From contig JAQVKM010000002.1 of the NCBI GenBank assembly GCA_028694645.1, forward strand, positions 112,149 through 176,148: DNA of 64,000 nucleotides, given 5' to 3'. The stretch is from Bacilli bacterium. GTDB lineage: Bacteria > Bacillota_I > Bacilli_A > RF39 > UBA660. A program made the position numbers and the translations under genes. Below the pieces are notes generated by a model that was given only the letters and a program-made list of their open reading frames with translations, made no database searches and was not told the origin of the DNA. Shown here piece by piece: positions 57,947 to 64,000 of the stretch; position 1 is the stretch's first letter, and each line of letters begins with the position of its first letter.

Positions 57947-59797
57947 TTATAAATTTTTAACTTTCAAAGCTCTAAAAGCATTTAATACTGCAATAACAGT
58001 TACTCCGACATCAGCAAATACTGCTCCCCACATTGTCGTCAATCCCAAAGCACTTAATATTAAAACTATTATTTTTATAGATATAGCAAAGAAAATATTT
58101 TGATTTGCTATTTTCAGTGTCTTTTTAGATATTTTTATAGCAGTTACAATTTTAGATGGCTCATCTGTCATAATAACTACATCAGCTGCTTCAATTGCTG
58201 CATCCGAGCCTAACCCACCCATTGCCATTCCTATATCTGCTCTAGTTAAAACAGGAGCATCATTGATACCATCTCCAACAAAGACTAATTTACCTTTATC
58301 AGATTTTTGTTTTAACAATTCTTCTACTATTATAACTTTATCAACAGGCAATAATTCGGCATAAACTTCATCTAATTTTAGCTCATTACCAATCTTTTCA
58401 CCAATACTTTTTACATCACCTGTAAGCATAACAATTTGCTTAATATTAGATCTTCTCAATTCTTGTATTGCTTGTTTTGAATCTTCTTTCAATTCATCAT
58501 CAATATCAATAAATCCCACATACTTATTATCTATTGCAACATGGACAACAGTTCCAACAGTTTCATATTTTTCTTCAATATAGTTAATATTAAATTTTTT
58601 CATCAGTTTAACACTACCTGCTAAAACCTCTTTGCCATCAACAATAGTTTTTACACCATGACCTGCAATTTCTTCAACTTCACCTAATCTACAATTATCA
58701 ATTTCTTTTCCATAAGCTTGTTTTAGTGATAATGATATAGGGTGATTTGAATAACTTTCTGCATGAGCGGAAATATCAAGTAACTCATTTTCAGAAATAC
58801 CTATCGAATGTATTCCTTGAACTTTAAAAACTCCTTTTGTTAATGTTCCTGTTTTGTCAAGTACAACTATTTCAGTTTTAGCAAGCGCTTCTAAATAATT
58901 ACTTCCTTTTACTAAAATACCGCTTCTTGAACTACCACCAATACCACCAAAAAAACTTAATGGAATTGAAATAACTAATGCACAAGGGCAAGATACAACT
59001 AAAAAACTTAAAGCTCTATATATCCAATCTGAAAAAATAGCATCCTTAAATATTAATGGAGGAATAATAGCAATTATTAATGCTATGATAACAACAACAG
59101 GTGTATATATTCCTGCAAATTTAGTAATAAAGTTTTCGGTTGATGCCTTTTTACTACTCGCATTTTCAACTAAATCAAGAATCTTGCTTACAGTTGATTC
59201 TCCAAATTCTTTTGCTACTTTTACAGTAAGAAGTCCATTCACATTTATACATCCACTTAATACATTATCACCAATAGAGACATTCCTAGGAATAGACTCT
59301 CCAGTTAAAGCAGAAGTATCAATTGCTGAAGTTCCCTCAATAACCTCACCATCAAGTGGTACTTTCTCTCCTGGTTTAATAACAATAATATCATCTACTT
59401 TTACTTCATTAGGATCAATCTTTACAAGTTCTTCACCTTTTTTTAAATTAGCATAATCAGGTCTTATATCCATTAAACTAGCAATTGATTTTCTTGATTT
59501 ATCAACTGCATAGCTTTGAAAAAGCTCGCCAACTTGATAAAACAACATAACTGCCACTGCTTCAGGGAACTCTCCTATACAAAAAGCACCAATTGTAGCA
59601 ATACTCATTAAAAAGTTTTCACTAAAAACTTTTCCATTTTTTATATTTTTTAATGCTTTTAACACAACATCTCCGCCTATAACAACATAACTAGCGGTAA
59701 ATAATAAAGGGCTTATCCATTCTGTATCAACCTTAATTAATATGGCAAGTGCAAATAATACACCACCAATTAAGATACGAATTAATCTTTTATTCAT
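57947..59797 (-). CDS. cadA: P1B-type heavy-metal (Cd/Zn/Co-type) translocating ATPase lacking an N-terminal HMA domain
   Basis: CPC in SCPCALVISIP, DKTGTLT, TGD, GDGINDAP. 616 aa, starting directly with TM helices. Confidence 0.85.
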   Translation of the reverse strand: MNKRLIRILIGGVLFALAILIKVDTEWISPLLFTASYVVIGGDVVLKALKNIKNGKVFSENFLMSIATIGAFCIGEFPEAVAVMLFYQVGELFQSYAVDKSRKSIASLMDIRPDYANLKKGEELVKIDPNEVKVDDIIVIKPGEKVPLDGEVIEGTSAIDTSALTGESIPRNVSIGDNVLSGCINVNGLLTVKVAKEFGESTVSKILDLVENASSKKASTENFITKFAGIYTPVVVIIALIIAIIPPLIFKDAIFSDWIYRALSFLVVSCPCALVISIPLSFFGGIGGSSRSGILVKGSNYLEALAKTEIVVLDKTGTLTKGVFKVQGIHSIGISENELLDISAHAESYSNHPISLSLKQAYGKEIDNCRLGEVEEIAGHGVKTIVDGKEVLAGSVKLMKKFNINYIEEKYETVGTVVHVAIDNKYVGFIDIDDELKEDSKQAIQELRRSNIKQIVMLTGDVKSIGEKIGNELKLDEVYAELLPVDKVIIVEELLKQKSDKGKLVFVGDGINDAPVLTRADIGMAMGGLGSDAAIEAADVVIMTDEPSKIVTAIKISKKTLKIANQNIFFAISIKIIVLILSALGLTTMWGAVFADVGVTVIAVLNAFRALKVKNL

Positions 59798-59811
59798 TAT
59801 ATATTCCCCCT

Positions 59812-60033
59812 TTAAACTCTTTTCATTTTTACATCAGATTCGATTTTTTTAACAATCTTTTCAGAAGCTAATATTATCTCTTCCATTTTTTCTTCATCAG
59901 CTTCTATTGTTAATTTTGTACTCATAAAATTAACTGTTGCTTCTTTCACACCATCTAATTTACTAATTTCCTTCTCCATTTTTGCTGCACAGTTTGCGCA
60001 TTCTAAACCTTCTAATCTAAATATTTTTTTCAT
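59812..60033 (-). CDS. copZ: heavy-metal-associated (HMA) domain metallochaperone
   Basis: LECANCAAKMEKEI CxxC motif, 73 aa. Confidence 0.8.
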   Translation of the reverse strand: MKKIFRLEGLECANCAAKMEKEISKLDGVKEATVNFMSTKLTIEADEEKMEEIILASEKIVKKIESDVKMKRV

Positions 60034-60071
60034 TTTTATTTCTCCTTCTTATAAATTTTTTTAATAACAAG

Positions 60072-60123
60072 TGAATACATATTCAAGTGTTACGGTAAAA
60101 AGATACATGAATTTAAATTCATG
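60072..60123 (-). promoter_or_regulatory. candidate ArsR/CadC operators upstream of copZ-cadA
   Basis: TGAATA-CA-TATTCA at 60072..60085 and the perfect 18-bp palindrome CATGAATTTAAATTCATG at 60106..60123. Confidence 0.5.
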
Positions 60124-60144
60124 ACTAATAGATTTTAAAAATAT

Positions 60145-60507
60145 TTAATTTTCTTCAATATGCCTTAATCCTTCATTAAATATACTCTTTACATGACTAT
60201 CATCTAATGAATAATAAACTATTTTTCCATCTTTTCTATACTTCACCAATTTAGCCTGTTTTAATAATCTTAATTGATGAGAAATTGCTGATTGTGTTGT
60301 TCCTATTAATGCTGAAATATCACATACACACATTTCATTTTTAAATAAAGAATATAGGATTTTAATTCTTGTTGAATCACCAAAGATTTTAAATATTTCA
60401 GCTAAATCATATAAAGTTTCATCTTTTGGCATTTCCTTTCTGGTTTTCTCTACTATATCATTATGAATTATAGTGCATTCGCATTTAACTACTTTTTCTT
60501 TAATCAT
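60145..60507 (-). CDS. cadC: ArsR/SmtB-family metalloregulator, CadC-type
   Basis: N-terminal CEC pair plus the MCVCD alpha3 motif. HTH TTQSAISHQLRLLKQAKLV. Confidence 0.85.
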   Translation of the reverse strand: MIKEKVVKCECTIIHNDIVEKTRKEMPKDETLYDLAEIFKIFGDSTRIKILYSLFKNEMCVCDISALIGTTQSAISHQLRLLKQAKLVKYRKDGKIVYYSLDDSHVKSIFNEGLRHIEEN

Positions 60508-60529
60508 TAAATCTTCTCCTTTTGTTATA

Positions 60530-60581
60530 TGAATAGTTGTTCACATGTTTATATTATATATGATGTTATTTCTTTTGTCAA
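60530..60581 (-). promoter_or_regulatory. sigma-A-type promoter of cadC with overlapping imperfect inverted repeat
   Basis: Minus strand: TTGACA (60576..60581), 17 nt, TATAAT (60553..60558), then ATGTGAACAACTATTCATAT (TGAA..TTCA arms), then the AAGGAG RBS. Confidence 0.65.
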
Positions 60582-60684
60582 TAATAATAGTGAAGCTTGG
60601 TATATATTATTCTTAACTTTACTTTTTTTGCAAATAATATTGATATTTATTAATATCTATTGATAATTAAATTGAAATTACATT

Positions 60685-62508
60685 TTAATCAACTTTATTA
60701 TTATCTCTAGATTTAGTTAGTTTAACTTTCTTTCTATCAATATCTTCAAAAGGTCCTAATTTGTCTATTGCTTTTTGTTCTAGTCTTAAGCTGTCTAAAT
60801 CAAATAATTCTATTTTTCTGTTGCTAATATTTGGATAAACAGTTGTTTCTTGTTTAAAAAATATAGGATAATCATTAATTATCGGAAGAATACTTTCTAT
60901 TGGATTCATTCGAGTTTTCATAAATAAACCTTCTCCAAAATTGAATTTCATTAATTCATCACTTGCTAATAAATCTCTTCCCATTAAACTTATATCATTA
61001 GAAATATTAAAGTCTGTTGAACTAATTTTATTTGATGTTGATACTCTCGGGGCTTCTATTGTATATTTACCTAATCTTTTAGAAATTTCTGAAGCTGTAT
61101 TATTATCGGCAGTTAATAAGTATAACCAATTGTTACAATTAGATTTTATAGTACCCGCTTGATCTTTATACTTTTCTTTTAATTGATCAAAATCCTGTAT
61201 GATTAAATAAAACCTAATATTTCTACCTCTTGAAACAGTTATTTTATTACTAAAATTTTTAATTGGTGGCATATTAGCAAATTCATCTAAAACAAAATTA
61301 ACTCTAATTGGTAATTTATTATCTTTTTGTTCTTGCGCTATTGTTACTAAAGACTGATAACATTGATCAACAAACAAAGAAGCTAAAACATGTCTAGCCT
61401 CTTTTTCATCGGGTATTATTAAAAATACTGCTGTTTTCTCTTTTCCTATATCTTCTAATTCAAAATCTGTTTTGCTTGTCATACTTGCTATTCCTGAATC
61501 TGAAAATATTCTAAGTTTTGATGACAGCACTGAAAATATAGTTGCTCTTGTTTCGCCCTTAGCAAATCCACCTGTTGCATAAAAGTTTTTTGCTAAATTA
61601 CCAAAAGGTTTATTATCAAAATAATCATCTAAAGAATTCTTTTTACTTCCTTCTGCAGTTTTAGTCCCATGATAAACTAGCATATTATATATACTGTTAA
61701 AATGTACTTCATCTTCTGCTTTTGAATCTTCTATAATTCCTAGAGCTAGTCCTGATAAAACAGCTGAAGAAGATTCACTCCAATAGGGATCTCTTGCCGA
61801 TACTTCTTGACATATAGAATATGAAAAATCATTTACTATTTCCACTTCTTTTTCTATATTGCCTTGTTTAAAATATTTATACGGCAGATGTAATGGATTC
61901 CAACCATCACTTTTATATGGATCCCTTAAATTAATGATTTTAATATTGTAATCTTTGTCTTTTAAATATCCATAAGTCTCTCTTAATATCTCTCCTTTAC
62001 TATCATTTATAATCATAGATTCAGAAGCATCTGCTAAGTTATAAATCAAAGGCATTATTGCCGAAACTGTTTTACCTGATCCAGTAGATCCGATTATTAG
62101 TGAATGATTAGTAGAATCATCATAATAATATTTATTATTTATTTTAGTTACAACCATTCCACCAGCTTTTATCTTTTTATTAAAGTTCCAAACAGAAAAC
62201 TCTTTTTCTATTTCTTTTGTTGTTGCAAATCTACTACTTCCAAATTCATTGTTTCCTGCTTTTTTTAAATCTCCTGTTTTAAGTTTGTTTCTGACATTCA
62301 TAGTGTATCTGATTATTGAAAGAATACAAATTAATGAAAGAATTAAACATCCTATCAAAGTCGTTTTACTTAATACAAAATAAGATAAAACATTTGAATT
62401 TAGTTTACTAGTTTCTATTAAACTAATTATGTTTACTGTAATTAGAATTGAACCGGCTATTGTACCTATAATTATCAATACCCAATTAATTATTTTTTTC
62501 TTTGACAT
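60685..62508 (-). CDS. VirD4/TraG-family type IV coupling protein
   Basis: Two N-terminal TM segments, Walker A GSTGSGKT, Walker B FVLDEF, IIQDFDQL. Confidence 0.85.
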   Translation of the reverse strand: MSKKKIINWVLIIIGTIAGSILITVNIISLIETSKLNSNVLSYFVLSKTTLIGCLILSLICILSIIRYTMNVRNKLKTGDLKKAGNNEFGSSRFATTKEIEKEFSVWNFNKKIKAGGMVVTKINNKYYYDDSTNHSLIIGSTGSGKTVSAIMPLIYNLADASESMIINDSKGEILRETYGYLKDKDYNIKIINLRDPYKSDGWNPLHLPYKYFKQGNIEKEVEIVNDFSYSICQEVSARDPYWSESSSAVLSGLALGIIEDSKAEDEVHFNSIYNMLVYHGTKTAEGSKKNSLDDYFDNKPFGNLAKNFYATGGFAKGETRATIFSVLSSKLRIFSDSGIASMTSKTDFELEDIGKEKTAVFLIIPDEKEARHVLASLFVDQCYQSLVTIAQEQKDNKLPIRVNFVLDEFANMPPIKNFSNKITVSRGRNIRFYLIIQDFDQLKEKYKDQAGTIKSNCNNWLYLLTADNNTASEISKRLGKYTIEAPRVSTSNKISSTDFNISNDISLMGRDLLASDELMKFNFGEGLFMKTRMNPIESILPIINDYPIFFKQETTVYPNISNRKIELFDLDSLRLEQKAIDKLGPFEDIDRKKVKLTKSRDNNKVD

Positions 62509-63895
62509 CTAATTCCCTTTCTTTCATATCTAATATTTCTTCATCTATTTTTTCGTTTTCCTGAATCAAATTATTTAGTGCATTATAATAAAATTTTCTA
62601 AATTTAATTTCTTTATAAAAATTTGAATTCTTTATATTTAAATATTTTTTACTGTCATAACCTAAACTTCTTAATGCTTTAATATATTCCTCTTTTTTAA
62701 AATCACTGTATTCAACTTTTTTTAATTCTTCAATTGTTTGTAGCACATTAAAGTCATGTTTTGATCTAGTTTTCCAATTATTAAATAGCACTATTACTTG
62801 ATCATCATTCAATTCTGCCATCATGCATAATCTATATAAATCTGTAGACTTTTTTATAAACGTTCTATTTGTTTCTAAACTTCTACTTTTTAACTTTAAT
62901 GTCATTATATTATTTTTTAAGAATTCCCTCTCTGTTTCAATAAATGATTTTGAATTATATATTTTATATCCTTTTAAAATATCATTTCCTATTCTTTCAT
63001 ATAAATTATTTAATTGATTTTCTACATAATTTTTTTGACTCTTGCCATACATTTTTTCATTTAGTTTATTAAAATCATGAAGTTTAAAATAATATCTTTC
63101 ATACTTGTACCTAAGGCTATAATGACTTAAAATGTATTCTACTATCTGATCTATTTCTTCTTTATGTTTTTTCATACCTATTGAATTATATTGTAATCTT
63201 CCAGTATCGCTTAATTTACTATATAAGGATAATAATTTTTGATTAAGTTGTTTTCTATAACTACCAGAAAACAATATTTTTTTGTCTGCTGTATTTAATT
63301 TGTTCTTAGTTATTGTTTCTCTAATTTCTTTAATATCGGTTGCTTTGTTTTTATAAAATTCATTATTATTTACTAGATATGAATTAATATATTTCTTTAA
63401 ATTAGAAAAATGTTTTTGTGGTATAATGCCCATCTTTGTCACTTCTTTTATTTCATAAAAAAGAATGTGGATATGTAGATTATCTGTATTTAAGTGTAAT
63501 GTTGAATACCATTTAACATTAGATAGATTAAAGTTAGCTGATAACAAAAACTTAGGAATAACATTCTTTGTTAGTTTATAGTAATCAGCCTTGTTTAATA
63601 GATTTACTTCTTTTACAAACTCAGGATCAAACGAAATAAACATGTCCCATAGTTTTCCACTTCTATTTAAAGTTTGTTCTTTTTTTAATTCTTCTAATAT
63701 ATTAACATCACCATTATTGTCCCATGCATATGTAGCTTTTTCTTCTTGATAATTTATACTGTGCAATAAATCTTCATCACTTATTTGAGATGGATCTGCT
63801 GCTTCTTCTCTTGTTGCATAGTTGCTCCACTTTGCTACTCCTCTTTTAATATTAGCAACGTCTTTAAACTCTCCTTTAACAACAATACTAGGCAT
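62486..63895 (-). CDS. MOB-family relaxase (mobilisation nuclease)
   Basis: N-terminal ...WSNYATREEA... and the histidine triad HLNTDNLHIHILF. Overlaps the T4CP start by 23 nt. Confidence 0.7.
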   Translation of the reverse strand: MPSIVVKGEFKDVANIKRGVAKWSNYATREEAADPSQISDEDLLHSINYQEEKATYAWDNNGDVNILEELKKEQTLNRSGKLWDMFISFDPEFVKEVNLLNKADYYKLTKNVIPKFLLSANFNLSNVKWYSTLHLNTDNLHIHILFYEIKEVTKMGIIPQKHFSNLKKYINSYLVNNNEFYKNKATDIKEIRETITKNKLNTADKKILFSGSYRKQLNQKLLSLYSKLSDTGRLQYNSIGMKKHKEEIDQIVEYILSHYSLRYKYERYYFKLHDFNKLNEKMYGKSQKNYVENQLNNLYERIGNDILKGYKIYNSKSFIETEREFLKNNIMTLKLKSRSLETNRTFIKKSTDLYRLCMMAELNDDQVIVLFNNWKTRSKHDFNVLQTIEELKKVEYSDFKKEEYIKALRSLGYDSKKYLNIKNSNFYKEIKFRKFYYNALNNLIQENEKIDEEILDMKERELDVKEKNN

Positions 63896-63986
63896 CTTGA
63901 TTTACCTTATTAGATAACTTATTTCTTAAATTTTGCAAAACTTTTTCTTTAGCTAAATCTGTTATAGGATGATTATAAAGTGGCAT
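63888..63986 (-). CDS. possible 32-aa ORF coupled to the relaxase gene
   Basis: AAGGAG RBS 8 nt before ATG 63986 (MPLYNHPITDLAKEKVLQNLRNKLSNKVNQDA). Its stop overlaps the relaxase ATG. Found by my own translation; too short for the ORF track. Confidence 0.3.
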   Translation of the reverse strand: MPLYNHPITDLAKEKVLQNLRNKLSNKVNQDA

Positions 63987-64000
63987 TTTTATTTCTCCTT

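Larger units (their letters stand above)
53661..64000. mobile_element. segment of a mobilizable/integrative element (cargo plus MOB relaxase and T4CP); right end outside the window, left boundary undefined
   Basis: Relaxase and coupling-protein genes adjoin a metal-resistance cassette and a second copy of a chromosomal thioredoxin-like gene. No integrase or att site was seen in the window. Confidence 0.45.

Overview
Very AT-rich, gene-dense chromosomal segment from a spore-forming low-GC Gram-positive (Bacillota). A gerA-type germinant-receptor operon and spoIID are present, and TGA acts as a stop (ynbB ends on TGA), so standard code 11 applies. Most genes lie on the minus strand. I saw no rRNA, tRNA or CRISPR array.

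Four zones:
(1) 0.8-15.5 kb is a cell-surface appendage region. It holds a 1675-aa modular protein with a canonical type IV prepilin leader and a triplicated 615-nt 3' module. It also holds a coupled lipoprotein, a Cys-rich glucosaminidase, and a TasA/SipW-like locus. That locus has three paralogous small secreted proteins, a SipW-type signal peptidase fused to a polytopic membrane domain, and a two-TM accessory protein.
(2) 15.5-39 kb is ordinary housekeeping and accessory content: flavoprotein, YhgE/Pip plus TetR, ger operon, spoIID, an HD-GYP protein, a GH13 amylase, two ABC-2 transporter operons, VanY and a DUF5131 protein.
(3) 39.2-53.3 kb is a block of about 15 mostly monocistronic genes. 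Most have no function I can recognise, and several are preceded by copies of one terminator-promoter-RBS module. This is the best place in the window to look for an undescribed system.
(4) 53.7-64 kb carries thioredoxin-like proteins, a two-component system, a ZIP transporter, and cadC-copZ-cadA with palindromic operators. It also carries a VirD4-type coupling protein and a MOB relaxase, so it is part of a mobilizable or integrative element that continues past the right edge.

All functional calls come from motif recognition by eye. No database search was run.
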